Assembly: GCA_963850295.1 (NCBI GenBank)
Contig: CAWKKU010000013.1
Location: forward strand, 249,437 to 313,436
Direction: 5' to 3'
Length of the DNA stretch: 64,000 nt
Origin: Vicinamibacterales bacterium
GTDB taxonomy: Bacteria; Acidobacteriota; Vicinamibacteria; Vicinamibacterales; JAMQPK01
In this document: positions 1-9,109 of the stretch, one piece after another
How positions within the stretch are numbered: position 1 is the first letter of the stretch
How the letters are laid out: each line of letters begins with the position of its first letter
The notes under the pieces: model-generated
Database searches by the model: none
The model's input: the letters and a program-made list of their open reading frames with translations, nothing else
What the model was told of the DNA's origin: nothing
Position numbers and translations under genes: made by a program

Positions 1-629
1 GAACAGCTTGTCGCGCGCCTGCTCCGGCTGCTCGAAGTTGACCGCTTCGACCTTGATGAGGGCGAAATAGCGCTCGCCTTCTTTCGGAGGACGAATCTGG
101 CCAGACACCGTGTCGCCCGTCTGCAGGTCGAACTTGCGGATCTGCGAGGGCGAGACGTAGATGTCGTCGGGACCGGGCAGATAGTTGTAATCGGGGGCGC
201 GCAGGAAACCGAACCCGTCCGGCAGCACCTCGAGCACTCCTTCCGAGAAGATGAACCCGCTCTGCTCGGTCTGCGCCTTCAGGATCTGGAAAATCAGCTC
301 CTGCTTCCGCATGCCGGTCGCACCGGCGACGTTCAGCTCCTTGGCGATCTGGGTGAGCTTCTGAATGCTCATGTCCTTCAGCTCGCCGATGTTCAGGCCT
401 TCGCCGCGGCGCTGTCCCTGTTGCTGCTGCGGACGCTGCTGTTGGGCGGCGGCAGGCTGGGCAGGTGCCGGCGGCTGCGGCGCGTCCGCGGGGACGCGGC
501 GGTGGCCGCGGGGGACGCCACGGCAGCCGCGGGGGCTTCGGTGGTCGCTACGGGTTGCTCTGGTGACGTCGCGAGTTCACTGGCAGAACCGCGTGACGCC
601 GGGGTTTGGCGCTTGTGATTTGTGGGCAT
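1..629 (-). CDS. rho: Transcription termination factor Rho, N-terminal part (gene runs off the window start); frame broken near 490
   Basis: Minus-strand translation of 1-420 reads ...[135 protein letters not shown], which is the Rho N-terminal/RNA-binding region. That frame has an in-frame stop at 577-579 and no start codon below it. ORF 393..629 ([12 protein letters not shown]...) supplies a plausible start in another frame. Confidence 0.85.
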
Positions 630-864
630 AGACTCGTGCTGGTTTGGGGTGTGGTTTGCGCACGCTTACACAGGCGTAGCGTGGGCGTTGCTGTACCGAA
701 CCGAAACTGAATGTGTGATCAAATTGCGGGGAAATCCGTGCTTATAAACACCGCGGGTTCTAGCCCCGGGGGGCAGGGGCCCCCGGATCAAAACAAAGAA
801 GCCCGCGACCCATTCTGATAGGGATTAATACTCCTTGCGAGTATAGGACCCGTCGCGCGCTCTG

Positions 865-1242
865 TCAAGCGTAGGGATTCTCGCCAATCCCGATGATGCT
901 GCACGCGATGATGGGCTCGACCCGAAGCGAACGCGCCAGCCGCACGAGCGATTCGCTCTCCGCGCCCGGATTCAGCCACACTTCCGGAATGTTCTTCTGC
1001 GCGACCTCCGGCATGACCTTCTCCCCTATATCGGGCGGAACGTAGAACGTCGCCATATCGATGTCGTCCGGCACGTCGAGCACCGATGCGTACGTTTTTA
1101 GCCCTTCGACGACGCTCTCATTGGGGTTTATCGGCACGACCGTATATCCCTGGCGGCGAAAGGCCTTGACCGCCCGGTTTCCGAACTTCCGGGGATCCGA
1201 CGAAGCGCCGATGACCGCGACGACTTTACTCACTGGTGCCAT
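865..1242 (-). CDS. CoA-binding domain protein (YccU/YneT-like)
   Basis: 125-aa ORF MAPVSKVVAVIGASSDPRKFGNRAVKAFRRQGYTVVPINP..., a typical CoA-binding Rossmann-like N-terminus. Its start overlaps the repaired 3' end of the upstream oxidase gene. Confidence 0.8.
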   Translation of the reverse strand: MAPVSKVVAVIGASSDPRKFGNRAVKAFRRQGYTVVPINPNESVVEGLKTYASVLDVPDDIDMATFYVPPDIGEKVMPEVAQKNIPEVWLNPGAESESLVRLARSLRVEPIIACSIIGIGENPYA

Positions 1243-2649
1243 CAGGAAAGATCTTACCCGGATTGAGGATGCCGTTTGGGATCGAACGCGCCCTTGATCC
1301 GCTTCATCAGGGCTATCTCTTCGCGAGAAAGCTCGAGACCGAGATACGGCGCCTTCGTAAAGCCGATGCCGTGCTCGCCGCTAATCGACCCTTCGAGCGC
1401 CACTACACCTTCGAACAACCGCTTCACCGCTCTCTTCCCCGTCTCTCTGCTCTTTGCTCTCTGCTCGTCAGTTTCGGTTCCAGCATCAGGGAGCATGATA
1501 TTGACGTGGATGTTGCCGTCGCCCGCATGTCCGAAACAGGCAATCGGCAGCCCGGTCTCCCTGCGGATGTCGTCTACCAGCGCGAACAGTTCCGGCACAC
1601 GTCCGCGCGGCACGACGACGTCGTTGTTCAGCTTGATGGTGGAGATCTTTCGCAGCGCCGGCGAGAGATCGCGGCGCAGTTGCCAGATGCCGTCTCTCTC
1701 CGCCTCTGAAGCCGCACGCTTCATGCTGAGCGCACCGGCCGCGCGGCAGGCCTCTTCGACAAGCAGGATCTCCGGTCCAACCGCTTCCGGGGAGCCATCG
1801 ACCTCGACGAGCAGCACGGCGCCGGTTCCGGGCGTCGCCATCCTGCGGCCGCTGTACGCCGCGAGCGCGTCGAGCGAATGTGCGTCGATGATTTCCACGG
1901 AGCCAGGGACGACGCGGCGATGGATGAGCTGCGTGACGGCTTCGCACGCCATGCCCGATGTCGGCAAACTCTGCGAGCAGCGTCGCGTGCGCCGGCGGTT
2001 TCGGGATGAGGCGCAGCGTGATCTCGGTGATGATGGCGAGCGTGCCTTCCGAGCCGACCAGCAACTGCGTCAGGTCATAACCGACGACGTTTTTCACGGC
2101 TTTCGAACCAGTGTGGATGATTTCCCCGGTCGGCAGCACGGCTTCGAGCGCCAGGACGTAGCGTTTTGTCGTTCCGTATTTGAAGGCGCGCGGCCCGCCG
2201 GCGCATTCGGCGACGTTTCCACCGAGCGCCGATTGCCTGAGGCTTGCGGGATCGGGCGGGTAGAACAGCCCGACCTTTTCGACCGCGTCCTGTAAATCGC
2301 CGGTGATGACGTTTGGCTGCACCCGCGCCAGCAGATTGAGTTGATCGATCTCGAGGATGCGGTTCATCCGCTCGAGCGACATCACGACTCCGCCGTGCGT
2401 CGGCACCGCCCCGCCCGTGTATCCGGTTCCGCCTCCGCGAACGACGAGCGGCACGCGCTCGGCGTTGCACAGCGCCGCGATCGCCGCGATCTCTTCCGTC
2501 GAGTGCGGCAGCACCACCAGATCGGCGGGAGCGCCCTGCTTCGTCCCGTCGGTGCCGTAGGTTTCGCGGGAGGAGATGTCCTGAAACACGAACGGGCCGC
2601 CGGCGATGGCGGCGACCCGTGACGTGAAACCGTGTGGAAGCGTCGCCAC
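1226..2649 (-). CDS. glcD: FAD-linked oxidase, glycolate oxidase GlcD-like; interrupted by two single-base frameshifts in this sequence
   Basis: Frame 1486..2649 has the FAD-binding region (VVRGGGTGYTGGAVP, ILEIDQLN). Frame 1254..1967 has GDGNIHVNI and GSISGEHGIG. The frames join if one base is removed near 1955. Removing one t of ttt 1275-1277 restores the canonical tail DPNGILNPGKIF and gives a stop at 1226-1228. Confidence 0.8.
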
Positions 2650-3849
2650 CTACCGCGCGGCGGCGCCTTGCCGTTCGCGTTTTTTCACGAACTCGAGGAT
2701 GCGGGTCGAGCCTTCACGAAGGCGATCGAGCGACGTCGCATACGAAATGCGCAGGAATCCGGGCGCGTCGAACCCTTCTCCAGCCGTCAACGCGACCCGC
2801 GCTTCGTCGAGAAGCATCTGCGAGAAGTCTCCCGTGCTGGCGATTCCGGTCGCCTCGAGGATTTTCGTGATGCGCGGAAACAGATAGAACGCCCCGCCGG
2901 GCTTGACGCATTCGAAGCGCGGATCGTCGGCGAACCATTCCATCAACTTGTCGCGGCGCGTCTTGTATTCGCTCAACATCGCCCCGACAGGATCCTGCGA
3001 GCCGGTCAGCGCCTGAAGCGCCGCCTTTTGCGAGATCGACGCGACGTTCGACGTCGAGTGTCCCTGAAGCGTGTCCGCCGCCGTCACGACCTCCGCCGGC
3101 GCGAGAATCCATCCGCACCGCCAGCCGGTCATCGAGTAGGCCTTCGACGCGGACCCGCAGATCACCGTCCGATCGCGCATGCGATCGGTCAGCACCTTGA
3201 CCAGGTTGTGCGGCACGTTGTCGTAAATCAGCTTCTCGTAGCAGAGATCGACGATCACCCAGATCCCGCGCTTGGCGGCGGCATCGGCGATCGCCGCCAT
3301 GCTCTCTTCGGAGATCACGGCGCCGGTGGGATTGGCCGGCGAGTTGATGATGATCGCCTTGGTCCGCGGGGTGATGGCCGCGATGATCGCGTCGGGATGG
3401 ATCGCGAACCCATCTTCGGCTTTTGTGTGCACGATGACCGGAGTGGCATCGGCCAGCTTGATCTGCTCCGGAATCGTCGGCCAATACGGCGCGTGCGTAA
3501 TCACCTCGTCGCCGGGGTTGTAGAGCACCATCGCCGCGTTGTACAGCGCCTGCTTGCCGCCGGCGGTGACGATGCATTCGGCTTCGGTGAACGCTACGCC
3601 ATAGTCGGTCTTGTAGCGGGCGCAGACGGCCTGCTTCAAGTCGGGCATGCCCGCGGGCGGAGTGTATTTGGTGAAGTTCTGATCGATCGCCACTTTCGCG
3701 GCGTCTTTTGCCGGTTGCGGCGTCGGGAAGTCGGGCTCGCCCGCTCCAAAGTCGACGACATCCACGCCCTGGCGCTTCAGTTTGGCCGCTTCGCCCGCCA
3801 CTTTCATCGTCGGCGACGTCGACACTCTCGTCATTCGTTCGGCTAACAT
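2650..3849 (-). CDS. PLP-dependent aminotransferase, class I (aspartate aminotransferase-like)
   Basis: 399-aa ORF with GAGEPDFPTP near the N-terminus and the PLP-lysine motif SASKAYSMTGWRCGW. Confidence 0.85.
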   Translation of the reverse strand: MLAERMTRVSTSPTMKVAGEAAKLKRQGVDVVDFGAGEPDFPTPQPAKDAAKVAIDQNFTKYTPPAGMPDLKQAVCARYKTDYGVAFTEAECIVTAGGKQALYNAAMVLYNPGDEVITHAPYWPTIPEQIKLADATPVIVHTKAEDGFAIHPDAIIAAITPRTKAIIINSPANPTGAVISEESMAAIADAAAKRGIWVIVDLCYEKLIYDNVPHNLVKVLTDRMRDRTVICGSASKAYSMTGWRCGWILAPAEVVTAADTLQGHSTSNVASISQKAALQALTGSQDPVGAMLSEYKTRRDKLMEWFADDPRFECVKPGGAFYLFPRITKILEATGIASTGDFSQMLLDEARVALTAGEGFDAPGFLRISYATSLDRLREGSTRILEFVKKRERQGAAAR

Positions 3850-3856
3850 GATTCAC

Positions 3857-4351
3857 TCACCCTTGACTCACCTTAAGCAGCTGCTTATCCTTTAAACGAC
3901 TTTCAACGATTTCCGGGACAAGGCCGTGCACCTGGCCGCCCAGCGAAAACACTTCTTTGATGAGCCGCGAGCTGATGTAGGTGTACTGCTCGGCCGGCAT
4001 CATGAAGACCGTTTCGATGTGCGGGCTCAAGCGCCGGTTCATCAGCGCCATCTGGAATTCGCTCTCGAAGTCGGACACCGCGCGCAGGCCGCGGACGATG
4101 ACATCGGCATTCCGCTTTGCGATGTAGTCCACGAGCAGTCCGTCGAACGTATCGACCTCGACGTTGGGCCGTCCTTTGAACACGTCGCGCATGATCTCGA
4201 CGCGCTCCTGGACCGTGAACAGCGGAGACTTCTCCACGTTCACCAGGATGGCGACGATGATCTTGTCGAACAGGTGCGTGCCCCGCTCGATGATATCGAC
4301 GTGACCGTTGGTCACGGGATCGAACGACCCTGGATAGACGGCCAATTTCAT
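3857..4351 (-). CDS. coaD: Phosphopantetheine adenylyltransferase
   Basis: 164-aa ORF MKLAVYPGSFDPVTNGHVDIIERG... with the nucleotidyltransferase T/HxGH motif. The adjacent rsmD gives the common coaD-rsmD pairing. Confidence 0.92.
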   Translation of the reverse strand: MKLAVYPGSFDPVTNGHVDIIERGTHLFDKIIVAILVNVEKSPLFTVQERVEIMRDVFKGRPNVEVDTFDGLLVDYIAKRNADVIVRGLRAVSDFESEFQMALMNRRLSPHIETVFMMPAEQYTYISSRLIKEVFSLGGQVHGLVPEIVESRLKDKQLLKVSQG

Positions 4352-4398
4352 TTTTAGTCGCGGACGCCCCTGCGCCCCGCGCCGCTGCGCGCCAAAGT

Positions 4399-4444
4399 AG
4401 TGTCCGGCTTTAGCCGGACCAAACGTTCCTTTTTAGCCGGACAC
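4399..4444. repeat. REP-like GC-rich palindrome GTCCGGC-TTTA-GCCGGAC plus a second AGCCGGAC copy
   Basis: Sequence agtgtccggctttagccggaccaaacgttcctttttagccggacac. Hairpin at 4402-4419. The distal copy 4435-4444 encodes the last codons and stop of rsmD (tat gtg tcc ggc taa). The same core recurs at 9782-9799, 29229-29247 and 44164-44180. Confidence 0.8.
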
Positions 4445-4957
4445 ATAAAACGCCAGTGCGCTGTCTCCTGAAACCAAGTCCCGGGTCAGGCGCAGTCGGT
4501 CCGCCTTTTCTGGTGCCGGCCGCCGGCGCGCGTGCTCGAGCACGAGCATTCCGCCGGGCGCAATCAGCGGCTCGGCCGCGGCAATCGAGACCATCAGATC
4601 GGGTTCGTCGTAAGGCGGATCGAGCACGGCCAGATCAAACGATCCGGCCGTCAGTGACTGCGGCCCACGGATAATAACATAGCGGTCCGTCACGCCGCAG
4701 TGCCGCAGGTTCTGCTCGATTAACTTCATCGCGCGCACGTCGTTGTCCACGAACGTCACCTGCGCGGCGCCGCGGCTCAGCGCCTCAATCCCGATCGCTC
4801 CGGTGCCGGCATAGAAATCGAGCACCCGCGCACCCGCCACACGCCGAGCCAGGACGTTGAACAACGTCTCGCGCAGCTTGTCAGATGTCGGGCGGAGCCC
4901 GTCCCACGTCGGGGTCTTCAGCTTGCGCCCCTTGAGCTCGCCAGAAATAATTCTCAT
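4433..4957 (-). CDS. rsmD: 16S rRNA (guanine966-N2)-methyltransferase
   Basis: 174-aa ORF MRIISGELKGRKLKTP... with the DPPY methyltransferase motif (VLDPPYDE). Confidence 0.88.
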   Translation of the reverse strand: MRIISGELKGRKLKTPTWDGLRPTSDKLRETLFNVLARRVAGARVLDFYAGTGAIGIEALSRGAAQVTFVDNDVRAMKLIEQNLRHCGVTDRYVIIRGPQSLTAGSFDLAVLDPPYDEPDLMVSIAAAEPLIAPGGMLVLEHARRRPAPEKADRLRLTRDLVSGDSALAFYVSG

Positions 4958-4969
4958 CGAAAATTCTTT

Positions 4970-5036
4970 AACAGGAGATCAGCGAGATTAGGAGTTTTGC
5001 TTTTCAAGAATTCTCCTGATCTTTTGATCTCCTGTT
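4970..5036. repeat. AT-richer nested inverted repeat (long hairpin) between recG stop and rsmD start
   Basis: aacaggagatca (4970-4981) pairs with tgatctcctgtt (5025-5036). The inner arms are gattaggag (4986-4994) and ctcctgatc (5013-5021), with one mismatch. Confidence 0.75.
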
Positions 5037-5059
5037 TAATGCGTTTCGTGTCTTCGTGG

Positions 5060-7177
5060 TTACCCGATATCCATCAATCCAAATTTGCTCGGCCATGCAG
5101 CTTTCATCCGCTCCGCGAGCGGCGCGTCCGGCGTCTGCTCGCTGACATACCGCTGCGCTTCGTCGCGCGCCTGTCTCCATCAGCTCGTGGTCGCGCAGGA
5201 GATCCCCGGTTCGCAGCGTTGGCAGACCGGATTGACGCGTTCCAAAAAAATCCCCGGGGCCGCGCAGTTCGAGGTCGCGCTCGGCAATCTCGAATCCGTT
5301 CGTCGTGTCGGCCAGCGCTTGTAACCGCGCCTTGCCTTGCTTCGAGATCGCGAACTGATACAGCAGAATGCAGTGAGACTGGTGCGCCCCGCGGCCGACG
5401 CGCCCGCGAAGCTGATGCAGCTGCGAGAGGCCGAAACGTTCCGCGTGTTCGATCACCATGACGGTTGCGTTCGGCACGTCGATGCCGACTTCGATGACGG
5501 TGGTCGACACGAGCACGTGAATCTCTCCCGCCGCAAACGCGCGCATCACGCGATCTTTCGCATCCTGCTTCATCTTCCCGTGCAGCAACGCGACGCGGTA
5601 TTCAGGGAAGACGTCCTGCGCCAGGGTATCCGCCATCTCCGTGGCGGCCTTCAGATCGACTTTTTCCGACTCCTCGATCAGCGGATACACGACATAGGCC
5701 TGCCGTCCTTCATCCAGCTGCGCCCGGACCAGCTCGTAGACGTCGTTCCGCCGCGATTCCGGCTTCACCATCGTGCGGATCGGCCGTCTGCCCGGGAGGC
5801 ATGTCGCGAATGACAGACACGTCGAGATCGCCGTACACCGTCAGCGCGAGCGTTCGCGGAATCGGCGTGGCCGTCATCACCAGCACGTCCGGCAGCAGTC
5901 CCTTCTCCCGGAGCGTGGCGCGCTGCACCACGCCAAAGCGATGCTGTTCGTCGATCACCGCGAGGCCCAGCGAGCGAAAGTGCACCGTCCCCTGCACCAG
6001 TGCATGCGTGCCGACAATCAGATGGACGTCGCCCGAGCCAAGGCGCGCGAGCACATCCCGCCGGCGCAGGCCGGTGGTGGCGCCGGTGATGATCTCGACT
6101 CGAAAGCGCGACGCTTCGAGCAGTTTGCGCAGACTGAGAAAATGCTGTTCGGCAAGAATTTCCGTCGGCGCCATGAACGCCACCTGCAGCCCGTTTTCCA
6201 TCGCCACCACCGCCGCGAGAAGCGCCACGATCGTCTTCCCCGCGCCGACGTCCCCCTGCAGCAGCCGGTTCATCGGCGTGGTCTTCTGCATGTCGTCGAC
6301 GATTTCCTTCAACGCGCTGCGCTGGCCCTCGGTCAGCTTGAAGGGCAGCACGCGCCGGGCCGATTCACGGACGCGATCGTCCACGTGAATCGTGCGGGGC
6401 TTCGACTCTCGCACCGCCGCGCGCTTGCGCATCATCAAGCCCAGCTGAAACAGAAAAAATTCTTCGAAGATCACCCGGACCTGCGCCGGCGTTCTGAATG
6501 CGTTGAGTCGATCGGCGGGAGTGCCCTCCGGCGGAAAGTGCGTTTCGATGAGGGCGGTACGGCGGTCTGGAAGCTTCAGACGCTCGCGGAGCTCGACGGG
6601 AAACGGATCGGGCAGGTCTTCCGGCATTCGTGACAACACATCGAACACGAGCCGGCGCTGCATCTTCGGCGTCATCGAGCCGGCTTTTTCGTAGATCGGG
6701 AACGATGCGCCCCGTATGCGTGGTCTGCGCCTCTTCTCCGTCGCCCGGCTCGGCGCCTTCGGCGGCGTCCATCACCTCATAGTCGGGATTGATGAGCTGG
6801 AGCTGCGGGCGCGCTTCCACGGCGCCGAAGAGGATGACGCGCACGTCGCGCTTGAGGATGTCCTGCAGGAACGACTGGTTCATCCAGACGGCGAGAATCG
6901 AACCCGAGCTGTCGCCGATGAGCGCCTCGAAAATCTTGAAACCCGGCCGGCGGGTGGTGCGCACCCTGCTGCTCTGCACCCGGCCGCTGATGGACACTTG
7001 CTGGCCGGCTTTGAGGGTCGCGATCGGCTGCAGATGACCGCGATCTTCATAGCGCAGCGGAAACCGGTAGAGGAAGTCTTCGACGGTGGACAGGCCGACG
7101 CGCTGGAGATCTGCCGCGCGCCGCGGTCCAACGCCTTTCAGAAATTGAAGTGGTGTCTGCAGGTAGTCGGTGGACAC
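5060..7177 (-). CDS. recG: ATP-dependent DNA helicase RecG; interrupted by three single-base frameshifts in this sequence
   Basis: Three ORF fragments are collinear with RecG: 6365..7177 (wedge domain, GTG start), 5710..6675 (LLQGDVGAGKT Walker A, DEQHRFG) and 5004..5771 (helicase C, GRVGRG). Shifts lie near 6699, 5792 and 5170. The repaired tail is AQRYVSEQTPDAPLAERMKAAWPSKFGLMDIG, with a stop at 5060-5062. Confidence 0.88.
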
Positions 7178-7773
7178 CTACTGAACGACGATGGCCTGAC
7201 CCTTTGCCAGCTGTATCTCGCGAATGCCTGACGGAAGCACGAATGGCTTGTCGATGGACACACCATTCGGCGCCGACGGAGACTTCGAGTAATAGCGTGA
7301 CGATTTCCTGGAGCATCCACAGAGGCACCGGCACTCCCGAGATCGACGCCGACTCGAGGGAGAACGATCCGACGCCGTTTCGCGTCTGCAGCACGCCGTT
7401 GACGGCGACAGGAACGGAGCCGCTGAGGTAGTTGAACGGATCGAGCATGCTCGTGGATTTGCGGCTCTCGCTCACCTGCGGCGAGGTCAACTGTCGCGCT
7501 CCCCGAGAGGCGGTTTCCCTCCAGAAGGGACACCCACGGATCTTTCACTCCCGCCGGCATCCGGTCGCCGAGCTCGAGGCGCAGATACGAGTTCAGCTCC
7601 GCCTCGGAAATCGGGGTCTTGGCGGCCACGGCTCCACGTTGGCCGGGACTCTTCGTAATCCGGTCGAGCTTGGCCTGAAGACGGGCGGCATCACGGCGAG
7701 ACACTGGCTCCGCGGCGAAGCCCGCTGTCACCAGGACCGCGGTAAGAAGAAGTGAGAAACAGGTTCGTTTCAT
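7178..7773 (-). CDS. Hypothetical secreted protein (signal peptide); two frameshifts in this sequence
   Basis: N-terminus MKRTCFSLLLTAVLVTAGFAAEP. It continues in frame 7047..7490 (..MLDPFNYLSGSVPVAVNGVLQTRNG..) and then a third frame ending ..GVSIDKPFVLPSGIREIQLAKGQAIVVQ, with TAG at 7178-7180 abutting the recG start. Confidence 0.6.
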
Positions 7774-7931
7774 CGATATTCAGCTCAAATCACAGGCGCA
7801 CTTTCGAGTGTAGCGCAACTTTGGGGGCCGGTCACGTCTGTCGCGATTCCATTACCGGCTGGCGGTATGGCGTTTGCTCCATTTGCCGATACTCAATAGC
7901 GCTACCACAAATTGGAGCGCTTGCAGACACT

Positions 7932-8132
7932 ATGGCATTGAAACCGGCCCTTTCGGCGAATCTCACCGACCAGCAGCGGCTCGAGCGGCTCATGCAGCTA
8001 TGCGAGGAACTGCAGGAGGCTGTCGACCGGGCGGGCGATCATCGCCGGTTGCTGGAGCAGGTAAAACAGACCGCTCAGGAGCTGCTGACCGATCAGGAGA
8101 CGAAGCCCAAGCGCCGCCAGCGCGGCAAGTAG
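7932..8132 (+). CDS. Small coiled-coil protein with a basic tail, upstream of lexA
   Basis: Internal ATG of ORF 7752..8132 gives 66 aa: MALKPALSANLTDQQRLERLMQLCEELQEAVDRAGDHRRLLEQVKQTAQELLTDQETKPKRRQRGK. No family recognised and the start is uncertain. Confidence 0.4.
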   Translation: MALKPALSANLTDQQRLERLMQLCEELQEAVDRAGDHRRLLEQVKQTAQELLTDQETKPKRRQRGK

Positions 8133-8142
8133 CACTGATTGA

Positions 8143-8171
8143 TTGACCTTCGCCTTTCTTTTGCGTATAGT
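8143..8171 (+). promoter_or_regulatory. Sigma-70-type promoter of lexA (TTGACC - 17 nt - TATAGT), with an overlapping palindrome
   Basis: ttgacc at 8143-8148, a 17-nt spacer and tatagt at 8166-8171. The imperfect palindrome agtggcgcaact (8169-8180) overlaps the -10 box. GGAGGG at 8181-8186 precedes the GTG start at 8194. Confidence 0.5.
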
Positions 8172-8193
8172 GGCGCAACTGGAGGGCGATGAC

Positions 8194-8799
8194 GTGCTCC
8201 CGCTTACCAAGCGACAACGCGAGATTCTGGACTACCTGCAGGACTTCATTCAGCAGCACGGGTATGCCCCAAGCCTCGAAGAGATCGGCCGCCGGTTTGG
8301 CCTCTCCTCCCTGGCGACGGTTCACAAACATCTGACCAATCTTCAGGAAAAGGGCTTCATCAAACGGGCCTGGAATCGGAGCCGATCGGTGGAGATGATC
8401 CCCACCAATTCGGGCGGCCGGGCCGTGGAATTGCCGCTGCTGGGATATGTCGCGGCCGGATCGCCCATCGAAGCCGTGGCGACCACCGAAACCATCGCCG
8501 TTCCGGAAGACCTCGTGGGCCGGCGCGATACCTACGTCCTCCGCGTGCGCGGCAACTCGATGATCGACGAACAAATCTGTGACGGCGATTTCGTCATCGT
8601 CGAAGATCGAAAAACGGCGCAGAACGGCGAGACCGTCGTCGCGCTGCTGAGCGGCTCCGACGTGACGCTCAAGAAGCTCTATCGCGAGAACGGTCGTGTC
8701 CGTCTGCAGCCGGCCAATCCGACGATGCAGCCAATCTACGTCGAGCCCGAACAGCTCCAGGTGCAGGGGGTCGTCGTCGGGGTCATGCGAAAGTATTGA
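8194..8799 (+). CDS. lexA: LexA repressor (S24 peptidase)
   Basis: V/M-LPLTKRQREILDYLQDFIQQHGYAPSLEEIGRRFGLSSLATVHKHL (winged HTH), the AAG cleavage region (LLGYVAAGSPIE) and the catalytic block RVRGNSMID...DGD. The GTG start was chosen by SD spacing; the track ORF starts at 8143. Confidence 0.9.
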   Translation: MLPLTKRQREILDYLQDFIQQHGYAPSLEEIGRRFGLSSLATVHKHLTNLQEKGFIKRAWNRSRSVEMIPTNSGGRAVELPLLGYVAAGSPIEAVATTETIAVPEDLVGRRDTYVLRVRGNSMIDEQICDGDFVIVEDRKTAQNGETVVALLSGSDVTLKKLYRENGRVRLQPANPTMQPIYVEPEQLQVQGVVVGVMRKY

Positions 8800-8800
8800 G

Positions 8801-9109
8801 ATGCCCGAATCGAAGCAAATCAACTTCACGATCGTTCCCGACGAAACATCGGAAGCGCCACGCACCTACGCAAACTTCTGCGCCGTCAATCACACGCCGT
8901 TCGATTTCACGCTGACCTTCTGCGAAATGGCGCCGCTGTCTGAAAAAGACATCCGCGCGGCTGAGTCCGAGCACGTCGTGCGAGCAGCGGTAAAGTCGCG
9001 CGTCGTGCTGCCTGTGCAGGTGGTGCCCACGCTCATCGCGGCACTGCAGGAACAGCTGCGCATCTACACCGAGTCGGCGGGAAACACGGGCAGTGGCCCG
9101 ATCCACTAA
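8801..9109 (+). CDS. DUF3467 family protein
   Basis: MPESKQINFTIVPDETSEAPRTYANFCAVNHTPFDFTLTFCEM... matches my memory of the DUF3467 N-terminal pattern (YAN...H....F.L.F). The ATG lies 2 nt after the lexA stop. Confidence 0.65.
   Translation: MPESKQINFTIVPDETSEAPRTYANFCAVNHTPFDFTLTFCEMAPLSEKDIRAAESEHVVRAAVKSRVVLPVQVVPTLIAALQEQLRIYTESAGNTGSGPIH

Noticed and set aside
761-790. A GC-rich hairpin ccccggggggcaggggcccccgg downstream of the CoA-binding gene, in the rho leader region, considered as a terminator or rho autoregulatory element.
   Set aside because: The stem is present, but no U tract follows on the relevant strand and I cannot support a specific function from the sequence alone.
2632-3846. 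Long antisense ORFs opposite well-supported genes. Examples: 2632..3846 (+) opposite the aminotransferase, 10908..12305 (-) opposite rnj, 33764..35251 (-) opposite the S55/propeller genes, 47338..48768 (-) opposite rsmB, 54203..55639 (-) opposite the phosphomannomutase, 39069..40220 (-), 5773..6633 (+) and 43088..43822 (+).
   Set aside because: They are Arg/Ala/Gly/Pro-rich, have no recognisable motifs, and each mirrors a gene with clear family signatures on the other strand. These are typical stop-codon-poor shadow frames of GC-rich DNA.
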